Source of the DNA: Candidatus Omnitrophota bacterium
Lineage (GTDB): Bacteria > Omnitrophota > Gorgyraeia > Zapsychrales > Fredricksoniimonadaceae
Assembly (NCBI GenBank): GCA_028865345.1
Contig: JAGWKL010000003.1
Location: 128,184-192,183 of the forward strand
Length of the DNA: 64,000 nt
Reading direction: 5' to 3'
Positions 1 to 11,000 of the stretch are shown here, piece by piece; the first letter of the stretch is position 1; each line of letters starts with the position of its first letter. The position numbers and the translations under genes are program-made. The notes under the pieces were generated by a model. It saw only the letters and a list, made by a program, of their open reading frames with translations, did not search any database and was not told the origin of the DNA.

Positions 1-172
<172 letters not shown>

Positions 173-179
173 TTTTTTT

Positions 180-746
180 ATGATTCTCATGATCGACAAT
201 TACGACTCATTTACCTATAACCTCGTGCAGTATTTCGGCGAGCTCAAGGCCCGTGTCCAGGTTTTTCGCAATGACGCATTGAGCGTTGCAAAGATCGTCA
301 AGATGAAACCGGAAAAGATTGTCATTTCTCCGGGGCCCGGCCGGCCGGAAGACGCCGGTATTTCCATTGAAATTCTTAAACAACTTGGGCCCCGGATCCC
401 TATTTTGGGTGTCTGCCTGGGGCACCAGGGCATCGGTCATGCTTTCGGCGGCCGTGTCATCAATGCCAGGCGCCTTATGCACGGCAAGACTTCCATGATC
501 AAACATAACGGAAAGGGGATATTTAAAGGCCTGCCCGATCCCTTTGAAGCCACCCGTTACCATTCCCTGGTCATTGACCCCAAGCATGTGCCGGACTGCC
601 TTACGGTCACGGCCACGACCACCGATGACGGTGAGATCATGGGGGTGCAGCATAAAATTTATCCCGTCTACGGCGTGCAATTTCATCCGGAATCTATCTT
701 GACCAAACAGGGCATGAATATCCTCAGGAACTTCCTTCATCTGTGA
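180..746 (+). CDS. trpG: Anthranilate synthase component II / glutamine amidotransferase (TrpG/PabA type)
   Basis: [19 protein letters not shown]..., catalytic GVCLGHQ and HPES motifs of class I GATase; ATG at 180 lies 7 nt after the murA stop with a GAAGGAA SD. Confidence 0.85.
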   Translation: MILMIDNYDSFTYNLVQYFGELKARVQVFRNDALSVAKIVKMKPEKIVISPGPGRPEDAGISIEILKQLGPRIPILGVCLGHQGIGHAFGGRVINARRLMHGKTSMIKHNGKGIFKGLPDPFEATRYHSLVIDPKHVPDCLTVTATTTDDGEIMGVQHKIYPVYGVQFHPESILTKQGMNILRNFLHL

Positions 747-1759
747 TGCACGAATACATCCAACAAATCGAGCGGGGCGAAAACTTAAGCCATGACGCCA
801 TCACGGTGTTGATGGAGTTGATCATGTCCGGCCATGTCCCTCTTCAAGACATTAAAAGGTTTTTGCTGGCCTTAAACAAAAAAGGCCCCACCGTGGAGGA
901 GATCACGGCCTGTGCTTTGATCATGCGCAAATTCGTACTGCCGGTCAAGACCGGCCATGAGGTCGTCCTGGACGTGGTGGGGACCGGCGGTGACCATAAG
1001 GGTACCTTTAATATCTCGACGGTGACGGCCATTGTCGTGGCAGCCTGCGGGGTGGTGGTGGCCAAGCACGGCAACCGCCGCGTTTCCAGCCGTTGCGGAA
1101 GCGCGGATGTCCTGGAGAAGCTCGGCATCAAGGTGGACATAGAAGAGAGACACCTGGGCCGCGCCCTGGACACGATAGGGCTGGCCTTTTTATTCGCCCA
1201 GCGCCTGCATCCGGCCATGAAAAATGTGGCCCCGGCCCGGCAGGCCCTGGGGGTCAGGACCATTTTTAATATCCTGGGGCCCTTGACCAATCCCGCGCTC
1301 GCCACACATCAGGTCATGGGCGTTTACAGCCGCGACCTTGTTGAGCCGATGGCCGAGGTGCTTAAGGGGCTGGGCCTTAAACGGGCGCTTGTCGTGCACG
1401 GTAATGACGGCCTTGATGAGATCACAACGACGGACGTGACCTTTGTCAGTGAATTCAACGGAAAAGAGATCATCAGTTATGATATCGATCCGGCAGAATT
1501 GGGAGTCCCCCGTGCCCGCCTGAAGGACCTGGAAGGCGGCGATGCCGATGAAAATGCTTCCATTGTGCTTAAGATTTTGGGAGGGGAACACGGGGCCCAT
1601 CGGGACGTCGTGCTCGTCAATGCGGCTTATGCCCTTTATACGGCCCAGGCGGTGGATAACATAAGTGCCGGCATGCAGATGGCGCGGCATGCCGTTGATT
1701 CCGGACGCGCCATGCAAAAATTGGAAGATTTAGAGGAGTTTACCTGCAGTGTTCGATGA
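743..1759 (+). CDS. trpD: Anthranilate phosphoribosyltransferase
   Basis: [33 protein letters not shown] signature; start overlaps the trpG stop (ATGA). Confidence 0.9.
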   Translation: MMHEYIQQIERGENLSHDAITVLMELIMSGHVPLQDIKRFLLALNKKGPTVEEITACALIMRKFVLPVKTGHEVVLDVVGTGGDHKGTFNISTVTAIVVAACGVVVAKHGNRRVSSRCGSADVLEKLGIKVDIEERHLGRALDTIGLAFLFAQRLHPAMKNVAPARQALGVRTIFNILGPLTNPALATHQVMGVYSRDLVEPMAEVLKGLGLKRALVVHGNDGLDEITTTDVTFVSEFNGKEIISYDIDPAELGVPRARLKDLEGGDADENASIVLKILGGEHGAHRDVVLVNAAYALYTAQAVDNISAGMQMARHAVDSGRAMQKLEDLEEFTCSVR

Positions 1760-2540
1760 TTTTTTAAAAGATATGGCCCGGCATAAGTTAGAGGCCCTGG
1801 AGGCCAAAAAAGCTTATTACGATAATTTGATCAAGAACATGAAGCCCCTGGAAGGCGAGAGGTATAAGATCTTTAAAAAGGCGATATCGAAGCCGGGGGG
1901 GATCAACCTGATCGCCGAAATCAAAAAAGCCTCGCCTTCCGCGGGGCTCATCCGTGAGGATTTCGATGCGCCTAAGATCGCCCGGATTTATGTCGAGAAC
2001 AACGTCGCGGCTATTTCGGTCTTGACGGAGGACAAATATTTTTTAGGGAAATTTTCGTATTTGAGCCAGGTGGCCAGGCATGCTCCCGTTCCCGTGCTTA
2101 TGAAAGACTTCATTGTGCATGAGTACCAGATCTATGAAGGGCTTTTTTACGGGGCGTCTGCGGCGCTTTTGATCGTGGCGATGCTCACCAACAGTCAGTT
2201 GAGGAGCCTTATGCAGGCGGCCCATCATTTGGGTCTGGATTGTTTGGTTGAGGTGCATGACGAAATCGAAATGGAACGCGCCCTTGCCTGCGGGGCCGAG
2301 ATCATCGGGATCAATAACCGTAGTTTGCAGACCTTGAATGTTGATTTGAACAATTGCCTTAAAATCATTCCGCTTATCCCCAAGGGCATTGTCATCGTTG
2401 CCGAAAGCGGTCTTAAAACGTATTCTGATGTCGTGCAGGTCTCAAAGGCGGGCGCCCACGCGGTATTGATCGGGGAGGCCTTCATGCGTTCGGCCGACAT
2501 CGGCGCCAAGATTAGGGAAGTGATGCATGGTACGCGTTAA
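1749..2540 (+). CDS. trpC: Indole-3-glycerol phosphate synthase
   Basis: IAEIKKASPSAGLIREDFD and downstream TIM-barrel motifs typical of TrpC. Confidence 0.9.
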   Translation: MFDDFLKDMARHKLEALEAKKAYYDNLIKNMKPLEGERYKIFKKAISKPGGINLIAEIKKASPSAGLIREDFDAPKIARIYVENNVAAISVLTEDKYFLGKFSYLSQVARHAPVPVLMKDFIVHEYQIYEGLFYGASAALLIVAMLTNSQLRSLMQAAHHLGLDCLVEVHDEIEMERALACGAEIIGINNRSLQTLNVDLNNCLKIIPLIPKGIVIVAESGLKTYSDVVQVSKAGAHAVLIGEAFMRSADIGAKIREVMHGTR

Positions 2541-3189
2541 AATTTGCGGGATCACCAATGAACTGGACGCCCAGCGGGCCGCCCGTGCCGGGGCCTGGGC
2601 GGTAGGTTTTATTTTTTACAAGAAGTCTCCACGTTTCATATCGCCTTTTAAAGCCAGGAAAATCATCGATACCCTGCCGCCCTTTATTACGCCCGTCGGT
2701 GTTTTTGTCAACCATAAGTCCGGCGCCATCCGCGACATTATTTCCCATTGCGGCCTGCGCGCGGTGCAGCTGCACGGGGAAGAAGACCATCATTTTTGTC
2801 ACAGGCTTAAATCCCAGAATCTCAAAGTCATCAAGGTCTTCCGTGTGGGTGGGAATTTTGATCTCCGGACGCTCGATGCCTTCAAGGTGGACGCGTTTAT
2901 GTTCGACACTTACGATAGGGACAATTACGGAGGCACGGGGAAAACATTCGACTGGGAGGTTTTAAAACAGGTCAAGGCCTCCCATGATGTGCCGGTCATT
3001 TTATCCGGAGGCCTGAATGCCCAGAACGTGATCGAACCGGTCAATGTCCTAAAGCCTTATGCCGTTGATGTCAACAGCGGCGTGGAAGAATCTCCGGGGA
3101 AAAAAGACCACAGGAAGATGAAAGATTTTATCGACATTGTCACCTATATCAGCGGCGCCAAGGTCAAGGATCATGCTAACGATCATTGA
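2527..3189 (+). CDS. trpF: Phosphoribosylanthranilate isomerase
   Basis: MVRVKICGITN... N-terminus and length (220 aa) typical of TrpF. Confidence 0.85.
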   Translation: MVRVKICGITNELDAQRAARAGAWAVGFIFYKKSPRFISPFKARKIIDTLPPFITPVGVFVNHKSGAIRDIISHCGLRAVQLHGEEDHHFCHRLKSQNLKVIKVFRVGGNFDLRTLDAFKVDAFMFDTYDRDNYGGTGKTFDWEVLKQVKASHDVPVILSGGLNAQNVIEPVNVLKPYAVDVNSGVEESPGKKDHRKMKDFIDIVTYISGAKVKDHANDH

Positions 3190-4201
3190 CAATAAAGAGT
3201 TGCGTTGCGTTATTAAGCTCAGCGGCCGGGCCATCCGCGGCTTTCTGTCGGGCGCCGATCCTGCCGGCTTCAAGGGCGAAGCGCGCATGGCCATTGCTCT
3301 TTTTAAGGCTGATCCGGCCGCATTCTCCGATGATAAGCTGGTCACTTACGGCAAAGGAATCCTGAAGGCCGTCGATTACCCGGTGCGCATCGAAATACGC
3401 GGGGCCACGCGGGAGGGGGCGGGGCAAATGGTGGCCAAGGGGATCTGGGGTCCGGCGCGCGGGGTTGCGGCATCCGAGATCGCCCGTCAGTGCCGCCGGC
3501 TGGGATTTGGCTTGCATCTGAAATTAGCAGGCACATCGTCGATTGAATTCAATGTGGAAGGAGTGGACAAGTCCCTGCCTATTCATTTCTTACAAGGGGC
3601 TTTTGAAGAAGTCCTTAAGGAAATGAAGTACAGGCCAGGTCCCGGCATCGATAGTTCCAGGAGCAAAACAATCATTGCTGCCGATGGGGATGGTACGATC
3701 TACGACGGCCCCCGAGTCGGTTTTCTGCCGGCCCTGGCTGAAAGCCCTGTGAGGGAGCCGCTCTGCGATTATTTGCGGGCGGGGGGCATATTTATGCTGG
3801 TCTCGGGCAATGACCTTGACCGTTCATTCAAGCGTTTGGTGGATGCCTTGCCCAGGCAGGTTTATTGCAGGGTCTTGGTCGCGGCTAACGGCGGCTCTGA
3901 ATTGGTATGTGTGGATCCCAGGGGGGCGCCTAAGCCTGTTTCAGGTTATAGAAAGCAGGCTCTTGAATTTGCCCGGAACAAATCCTCCCGCAGGCCTTTG
4001 GACATTGTCTATATCGGTGACGACGGCTCCAGGGAAGGCAATGATTATCCGGCTTTTAAGGCCGTTGGTTTTAAACGTTCCATTCTGGTGGCCCGCCGGT
4101 TTTTAGCTGATTATGATCCGGCCCTTAAGGCCGGTTATATAGGCGGCCTGCTGCAGGGTACCCGTCGATATCTAAAGTCTTATTTATCCCATTGCCAGTA
4201 G
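3173..4201 (+). CDS. Two-domain protein: unknown N-terminal domain plus C-terminal HAD-superfamily (IIB-like) phosphatase domain
   Basis: HAD motif I IIAADGDGTIYDG (DxDGT) and motif IV YIGDDGSREGND (GDxxxD). The N-terminal roughly 170 aa are unrecognised. The alternative in-frame start at 3137 overlaps trpF by 53 nt. Confidence 0.5.
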   Translation: MLTIIDNKELRCVIKLSGRAIRGFLSGADPAGFKGEARMAIALFKADPAAFSDDKLVTYGKGILKAVDYPVRIEIRGATREGAGQMVAKGIWGPARGVAASEIARQCRRLGFGLHLKLAGTSSIEFNVEGVDKSLPIHFLQGAFEEVLKEMKYRPGPGIDSSRSKTIIAADGDGTIYDGPRVGFLPALAESPVREPLCDYLRAGGIFMLVSGNDLDRSFKRLVDALPRQVYCRVLVAANGGSELVCVDPRGAPKPVSGYRKQALEFARNKSSRRPLDIVYIGDDGSREGNDYPAFKAVGFKRSILVARRFLADYDPALKAGYIGGLLQGTRRYLKSYLSHCQ

Positions 4202-4234
4202 TCCTGCTGTTTCTCCCGGCCCTGTGGGCGCATC

Positions 4235-5005
4235 ATGCCTGCCGGGGTTGACAAATCAGCCTGGGGAGGGATAATAACCCTCATTATGAAAACCGATAAA
4301 GACCTGGTTTTTCCAAAATCTGATTCCTGGAAAATGTTCAATGCTATTGCCGGGCGGTATGATTTCTTAAACCGCCTTCTGTCTCTGGGTCAGGACCTGC
4401 GCTGGCGCCGGGCTTTGAAAAAATTCTTGCCTGATTCGAACAAACAAACCATCCTGGATTTGGCCACAGGCACCGCGGACGTTTTGATAGCCCTGGCCCG
4501 GGACAATCCCAGGATCCATAAGGGGTACGGCATTGATCCGGCCGTCAAAATGCTCAGCCTGGGCCGAAAGAAAATTGCGTCCCGCCATCTGGAAGGCCGC
4601 CTTTCCTTGCAGGAAGCCGATGCACAGGCGCTGCCTTTCTCCGACGGGACTTTTGACGCTGTGACCATTGCCTTCGGCATTCGCAATATCCCGGACCTTC
4701 GCCTGGCGCTCTTGGAAATGTACAGGGTCGCCAAAAAGGGCGGGCGTGTGCTGATCCTGGAGTTTTCGAAACCCGAAAATCCTTTTTTAAAGGCCGGCCA
4801 TTGGCTTTATTTGCAGACGGTTGTGCCTCTGGTGGGTTTTTTGTTTTCCGGAAATTTTAAAGCGTACACGTATTTAAATCAAACCATCCAGACCTTCCCC
4901 TACGGAGACCGCTTTTGCAAGATCCTCAAGCAGATGGGATTTGTCAATATCAAGCCGTATTTTCTGATGGGCGGGGTGGCCACCATTTATGTTGCCCAAA
5001 AATAA
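4235..5005 (+). CDS. ubiE: Demethylmenaquinone/ubiquinone C-methyltransferase (UbiE/MenG family)
   Basis: KMFNAIAGRYDFLNRLLSLGQDLRWRR and SAM-binding LDLATGTAD motif; an alternative start at 4286 is possible. Confidence 0.85.
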   Translation: MPAGVDKSAWGGIITLIMKTDKDLVFPKSDSWKMFNAIAGRYDFLNRLLSLGQDLRWRRALKKFLPDSNKQTILDLATGTADVLIALARDNPRIHKGYGIDPAVKMLSLGRKKIASRHLEGRLSLQEADAQALPFSDGTFDAVTIAFGIRNIPDLRLALLEMYRVAKKGGRVLILEFSKPENPFLKAGHWLYLQTVVPLVGFLFSGNFKAYTYLNQTIQTFPYGDRFCKILKQMGFVNIKPYFLMGGVATIYVAQK

Positions 5006-6308
5006 TCTCATTTCTTTGCAAGAAGCCAGGGGGCAGATGTTCTCCTTTATTAAGGCGTACAAGCCGTCTAAAACCATCCGGCGCCTTGAGATCAAGGTCC
5101 GCCCCGTGGACATGATGGCCTGGCTGACCTTGCAGAAGGATGAGGTCAAAATTTATGGCGCCAACCAAAGCGACAGCATGAGCATTGCAGGCATAGGAGA
5201 GGCTGTTTGCATCAGGGCCGGACGGCTGGGCTCGTTTAAAAAAGTATTTCAAAGCTTACGGTCTTTTTTATTGCCGCAGTACCCGTATTTGCAATGGTAC
5301 GGAGGGTTTTGTTTTGATGACCGCCATCAGGACGGGGATTGGAAAGAGTTCGGCGCGTACCGTTTTATCCTGCCGCGCTTTGAGCTGGCCGCCCAGGCCG
5401 GCAAGATGATATTTTGCTGCAATTTAATAGGCAAGATCGATACCAGGGAGGTTTTAAAGCAGCTGGCCGCCATCAGGGCCGACGGTTTTGGCGCTTCCGG
5501 CGGCGGACGGAATGTCTTTTCAATTTCCCGGCGGACAGACCAGCCTGACCAACGGCGATGGGAAAACGGGGTCAGCCGGATTTTAAGAGCCAGGCCCGTC
5601 AAGAAGGTGGTGCTGGCGCGTAAGACCGTCCTCGATTTCCAGCAGGTCCCCGATCCCTGGGCCATGCTGCGGCAATTAAAAGCCGTCACGCCCAATAGCT
5701 ATCATTTCGCATTCCAGTTTAAGAATAAGGTCTTTTTAGGAGCGTCGCCCGAACGCCTTTATCAACGTTTTCAGAGGTCTATAGAGTCCGAGGCGTTGGC
5801 CGGCACCATGCCGAAATCCGCAGCGCCTTCGCTGCTGCAGAAGTCTGAAAAAAATAAATATGAGCACGCGTTGGTCGTCGATGCCATTGACGGTTCTTTT
5901 AAACAATTGTGTACGGCCTTCCGGAAGGACAGGCGGCCCGGTATTTTGACGCTGCCCAACGGGCATCACCTGATCACTAAATTTCAGGGACAATTAAAAG
6001 ATGGCGTAAATGACGAAGATATCCTACAATTCCTTCATCCGACTCCGGCATTAGGCGGTACCCCAAGACCGGCAGCCTTGAAGCTGATCCGCATCCTGGA
6101 AGGGTTTTCGCGGGGCTGGTATGGCGCGCCGATAGGCTATGTCGGCCTGGATTGGGCGGAATTTGTGGTGGGGATCCGTTCGGGCCATCTTCAGGGCAAA
6201 AAATTATCGGTTTTTGCCGGCGCGGGGATCGTACAGGGTTCCGAGGCCAGGGCGGAGTGGAATGAAGTTGAGAATAAGATCAGTAATTTTATAAAAATCA
6301 TCCGATGA
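4989..6308 (+). CDS. menF: Isochorismate synthase (menaquinone-specific)
   Basis: Chorismate-binding-enzyme C-terminal motifs (PTPALGGTPR, GAGIVQGSEARAEWNEVENK); located between ubiE and menD. Confidence 0.8.
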   Translation: MLPKNNLISLQEARGQMFSFIKAYKPSKTIRRLEIKVRPVDMMAWLTLQKDEVKIYGANQSDSMSIAGIGEAVCIRAGRLGSFKKVFQSLRSFLLPQYPYLQWYGGFCFDDRHQDGDWKEFGAYRFILPRFELAAQAGKMIFCCNLIGKIDTREVLKQLAAIRADGFGASGGGRNVFSISRRTDQPDQRRWENGVSRILRARPVKKVVLARKTVLDFQQVPDPWAMLRQLKAVTPNSYHFAFQFKNKVFLGASPERLYQRFQRSIESEALAGTMPKSAAPSLLQKSEKNKYEHALVVDAIDGSFKQLCTAFRKDRRPGILTLPNGHHLITKFQGQLKDGVNDEDILQFLHPTPALGGTPRPAALKLIRILEGFSRGWYGAPIGYVGLDWAEFVVGIRSGHLQGKKLSVFAGAGIVQGSEARAEWNEVENKISNFIKIIR

Positions 6309-8050
6309 ACTTTGCCAATATCAACCACTGCTGGGGAAGCCTGATCATCGAAGAGCTTTCGCGCCTGGGGGTGGATTATTTCTGTGTAGCCCCGGGTTCG
6401 CGCAGTTCGCCTTTGGTCATTCCGTTGGCCCAAAAAGGCTTGAAGAGTTTTGTACATTTCGATGAGCGCGGCCTTGCTTTTCATGCCATGGGCTACATTG
6501 CCGCAACCAGGAAACCTGCGGTGATCATCAGCACGTCAGGCACGGCCGGAGCGAATTTTTATCCGGCGATTATTGAGGCTTCAAAGAAAAAACTGCCGCT
6601 CATCGTCATCACCGCCGACAGGCCGCCGGAATTAAGGCAAACCGGCGCCGTGCAGACCATTGACCAGGTCGGGTTATATGGGAAGTATGTGTGTTGGGCG
6701 ATGGACATGCCCTGCCCGGATACCAAGATCAGCCCGGAGTTTGTCCTGACAACCGTGGCCCAGGCGTGGTACCAGGCGCTGAGGCATCACAGGCCGGTGC
6801 ACATCAACTGCATGTTCCGCCAGCCGCTGGCCCTCACAGCCGGCCGGGAAAACCTTAAAACCTACCTTAAATCTTTGGATAGGTGGGCCGCCTCGCAAAA
6901 GCCCTATACGGAATATGCTACGGGCTTTGGGCCGGCCCCTTTAGCTGTCCCTAAGAAAATAGCGGCACGGCTTCAGGCCATCAAGAACGGCGTCATCGTC
7001 GTCGGCAGGCTCGCAAGTGCCGAAGAAGGCGGGCTGGTCGTGGCCCTGGCTGAAAAGTTAGGCTGGCCTGTTTTTGCGGATGTCTCTTCGGGGCTGCGTT
7101 TGGGGCACGCCCGGGGATGTTTGATCCATTATTTCGATCATCTGTTATCGTCAGATCAATTGGCCGGGAAATTGAATTTTGACGGGGTGCTTCATCTGGG
7201 GGGACGGATGACGTCGGTGCGTTATTACGACTTTATTCAAAAACGACGGCCTGCGGAATATATCATGGTCATCAACCACGCCTTGCGCAACGACCCCAAC
7301 CATCAGGTCACCTTGCGCGTTGAATCCGGTGTCGGTCATTTTATTCAGACGGTCATCAGGTTTATCAAGGCGCGCAAAGGCTCCCGCGCGTTGAAGATTT
7401 TGTCCAAAGCCGATGAGGCCGCCGACCGATCGATCGAAAAGTCTTTTGTCCACGATGAAGCTCTCAGCGAACCCCGCGTGGCCCGTCTGGTTTCTCAGCT
7501 GGTGCCTGCAGGCCAGGGGCTTTTCTTAAGCAACAGCATGCCCATCCGTGATATGGCCAATTTTGCGGATTTTAAAGGCAACCCGGTCCTTGTCAACGCC
7601 AATCGCGGGGCGAGCGGCATCGACGGCATTATTGCTTCCGCCGCGGGATATGCCCGAGGGTCGGGCAGGCCCGCCACCTTGATGATCGGCGATCTGGCCG
7701 CCTTGCATGACCTTAATTCCCTGGGCATGCTTGGCGCTCTGTGCGTGCCTTTGGTCATCGTGGTCCTCAACAACGCAGGAGGGGCCATCTTTTCTTTTTT
7801 GCCGATCGCCGGATTCAAGGAAGGCTTTGAAAAGTTTTGGGCCGCGCCGCATTCTTACACCCTGGAGGCGGCGGCCCAAATGTTCGGGCTCGGTTACAGG
7901 CGGCCCATGGGTGCGGGGCAGTTTAAGAAAGATTATGCCCGGGCGCTCGGATCCCGGATTTCAACGGTCATTGAAGTCATGACCAACCGGGAAGAAAATT
8001 TAAGAATACATAAGCAATTGCAAGAGACTATCCATAAAGTCATTTCATAG
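6305..8050 (+). CDS. menD: 2-succinyl-5-enolpyruvyl-6-hydroxy-3-cyclohexene-1-carboxylate synthase (MenD, ThDP-dependent)
   Basis: ThDP-enzyme architecture (GSRSSPL, GDLAALHDLNSL, VLNNAGGAIF) and length 581 aa. Confidence 0.85.
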   Translation: MNFANINHCWGSLIIEELSRLGVDYFCVAPGSRSSPLVIPLAQKGLKSFVHFDERGLAFHAMGYIAATRKPAVIISTSGTAGANFYPAIIEASKKKLPLIVITADRPPELRQTGAVQTIDQVGLYGKYVCWAMDMPCPDTKISPEFVLTTVAQAWYQALRHHRPVHINCMFRQPLALTAGRENLKTYLKSLDRWAASQKPYTEYATGFGPAPLAVPKKIAARLQAIKNGVIVVGRLASAEEGGLVVALAEKLGWPVFADVSSGLRLGHARGCLIHYFDHLLSSDQLAGKLNFDGVLHLGGRMTSVRYYDFIQKRRPAEYIMVINHALRNDPNHQVTLRVESGVGHFIQTVIRFIKARKGSRALKILSKADEAADRSIEKSFVHDEALSEPRVARLVSQLVPAGQGLFLSNSMPIRDMANFADFKGNPVLVNANRGASGIDGIIASAAGYARGSGRPATLMIGDLAALHDLNSLGMLGALCVPLVIVVLNNAGGAIFSFLPIAGFKEGFEKFWAAPHSYTLEAAAQMFGLGYRRPMGAGQFKKDYARALGSRISTVIEVMTNREENLRIHKQLQETIHKVIS

Positions 8051-11000
8051 ATGAATTTTGCCGAGCTCGATTTTAACGAAGAATTCGCCGCGGCTTTCGA
8101 GGCCCTGGAAAATACCGGCGGGCATGTCTTTGTGACCGGCAAGGCGGGTTGCGGCAAATCGACCCTGCTGCAGTATTTCCGGGCCAAAACACCCAAAAAC
8201 GTCGCCGTGCTGGCGCCCACCGGGGTTGCGGCCATCAACGTCCAGGGGCAAACCATCCATTCCTTTTTTAATTTCAAACCCGACGTGACTCCCGAGACGG
8301 TAGGGGACATCCCCGTGCGCAAGGCCAAGCGCAAAATGTATCAGCAGTTGGACGCCCTGATCATCGACGAAGTCTCCATGGTGCGTGCGGACCTTATGGA
8401 TTGCATCGATGTTTTTCTGCGTCTTTACGGGCCGCATTATGACCGCCCTTTCGGGGGAGTGCAGATGGTCTTTTTCGGCGACCTGTTTCAATTGCCGCCG
8501 GTGGTCGGCCCCAAAGAGCGGGATATTTTCAGGGGCCATTATGCAACGCCGTATTTTTTTTCAGCCAAGGCTTTTGAAACGCTGGATTTCAGGGTTTTGC
8601 AATTGGAGAAAATTTACCGCCAAAAGGATGAGCATTTCATCCGTTTACTCAATGCCGTCCGGCAAGACAGCGTCGAAGGTCATCACTGGGAGGCGCTCAA
8701 CCGCCGGTTTAAGCCGCAACACCGGTTTGCCCCGGAGGAATTTTATATCGTGTTGACCACCACCAACGCCATTGCCGACAAGGTCAACGCCCAGCGCCTG
8801 TATAACCTGCCGGGTCTTCCCAAAATTTATAAGGGCATCATATCGGATAAATTCGAGCAAAAATCCCTGCCCGCTCCGGAGGTCCTGGAGCTTAAAGGCG
8901 GCGCGCAGATCATGATGTTAAGCAACGATCCGGACAAACGCTGGGTCAACGGATCTTTAGGCAAGATCACCTCCATCGTGGTTGGCAGCGATGGGGATGA
9001 TGTGATCATGGTGGAATTGGAAAACGGCGGGTCGGTTGACGTCAAAAAACACACCTGGGAAATCTACCAATATTATTTCGATGAGGTCAACAATGCGATG
9101 GCTTCCAAGGTGGTTGGAAATTTTACGCAATATCCCCTGAAATTGGCCTGGGCCGTGACCATCCATAAATCCCAGGGCCAGACCTTTGACCATGTGGTCA
9201 TTGATGTGGGGTGGGGGACTTTCTCCCATGGCCAGATGTACGTGGCGCTGAGCCGCTGCACGACGCTGGAGGGTATCGTCCTTAAACAACCGCTCAACCA
9301 AAAGCATATTATGATTGATGAGCGGATCTTGCAGTTCATGAGGAAGTTCATGTTCCTTTTGTTCCTCCCGTTGTTGGCAAGCCTGGGGCAGGCCCAGACA
9401 CCGACGCTTGACCGCAGCCGTCTCGTTACCCAGGATTTAAGCCGGATAGAGAACAAAGAGGCTGATCCCAATGCTTGGGAAGAAAAGAACAGCGACCAGC
9501 CGTACGTGGCGCTTCTGGCCGAGACGGATACGGTCATCCATAACGACTGGTCCGTGACCCAAGATTATCATGCCCGCGTCAAGATCCAGAAGGAGGCGGC
9601 CAAGAAGCTGGGATCATGGCCCATTTATTACAACAAAGCCCGGGAACAGATCACGGATATCGAAGCTTATTTTGAAACACCCGACGGCAGGAGGCTCAAG
9701 GCCACCGACATCAAGGATTTGCCGGCCTACGGCCAGTCGCCGCTTTATTCCGACATGCGCCTTAAGGTCATCAGTTTCCCTCAGATCACCATCGGCACGG
9801 TCATTGATATACGGATCAAGACGAAGATTTTTAAAGAGGAGATCCCGAACCAATTTTGGGACGAAGTGACCTATCCTTCCATTCCTACCAAATTTGCGCG
9901 GTACACCTATGTTTTTCCCGCGGATAAGCCCATCCGTTTTTCCGCTTACAATAATAATATGCACCCGCTGATCGAAAAAACCGGCGGTACGGTCAAATAT
10001 TCTTTTATTTTTGAAGACACGTCTTACAGCGAGGATGAGGATTTCATGCCCCCTTCTGATGAGACGGTGGGAGTGCTGTCCCTGTCGTCCATCAGTGATT
10101 GGAAACAGGTGGCCGGCTGGTGGCGTGATGCCATCCATAAAAATACCGTGGATGATCCCGGGATTTCCGCCGAAGTCTCGGCGTTGACCAAAGGGAAAAC
10201 CGGCGATAAAGAAAAATTGCACGCTGTCCTGGAATTCATCCAGGACAATTTCCGTTATGTGCCCATGAGCATGGGGAACCATGCGGTGGGGTTGCATCCG
10301 ACCCCGGAAATCTTTAAAAGCCGCTACGGCGACGGCAAAGACTTGGGGCTGTTGGCCAGGCAGATGCTTGAAATGGCCGGCATTCATGCCGACATCTGTT
10401 TGATGAGCGATGAGTTCAGCGGCGATCCGCAGCACCGCCTGCCCAGCCTTTCGGTTTTCGACCGTGTGATCTTACAGGCGAGTGTCAACGGCCGGAAATA
10501 TTTCGTGGACCCCTTGGCTAAGGGGTATGACTTGGGCCAATGGCCTTCCAGTTATGATAATGCCTATGTGCTGGTCATTGCCTCCGGTTCCAGCAGCTTT
10601 CAAAATATTCCCGTGGCCGGCGGGTCTTTCCATGCCGTCGCCTCCGACAGCGACATCACCGTTGCCGATGACGGTTCGGCCCAATTCCGTGTGCATGTCA
10701 AGATGCCGGTAGAAGCTTCGGAGGATTTCAAGAGCAATTGGGACCCGGCCGATGATGGATCCAAGCAGAAATTCTTTGACAGATTGCAGGCCACCTTTGC
10801 CCAGGGCGGTAAAATAACCGACCGCCGGGTGAAAGGCCTGGATAAACGCTACGGCCAGGTTGAATTTACGTTTAAGTATACTGCGGCCCAAGTCTATCAA
10901 ACGGTCAATGACATGCTCCTTTTAAGGGAACAGGACCAGGGCGATGTGCCTGATTTTGAGCTGAACGCTCCCCGTCATTATCCTATATTTGTGCCCACCA

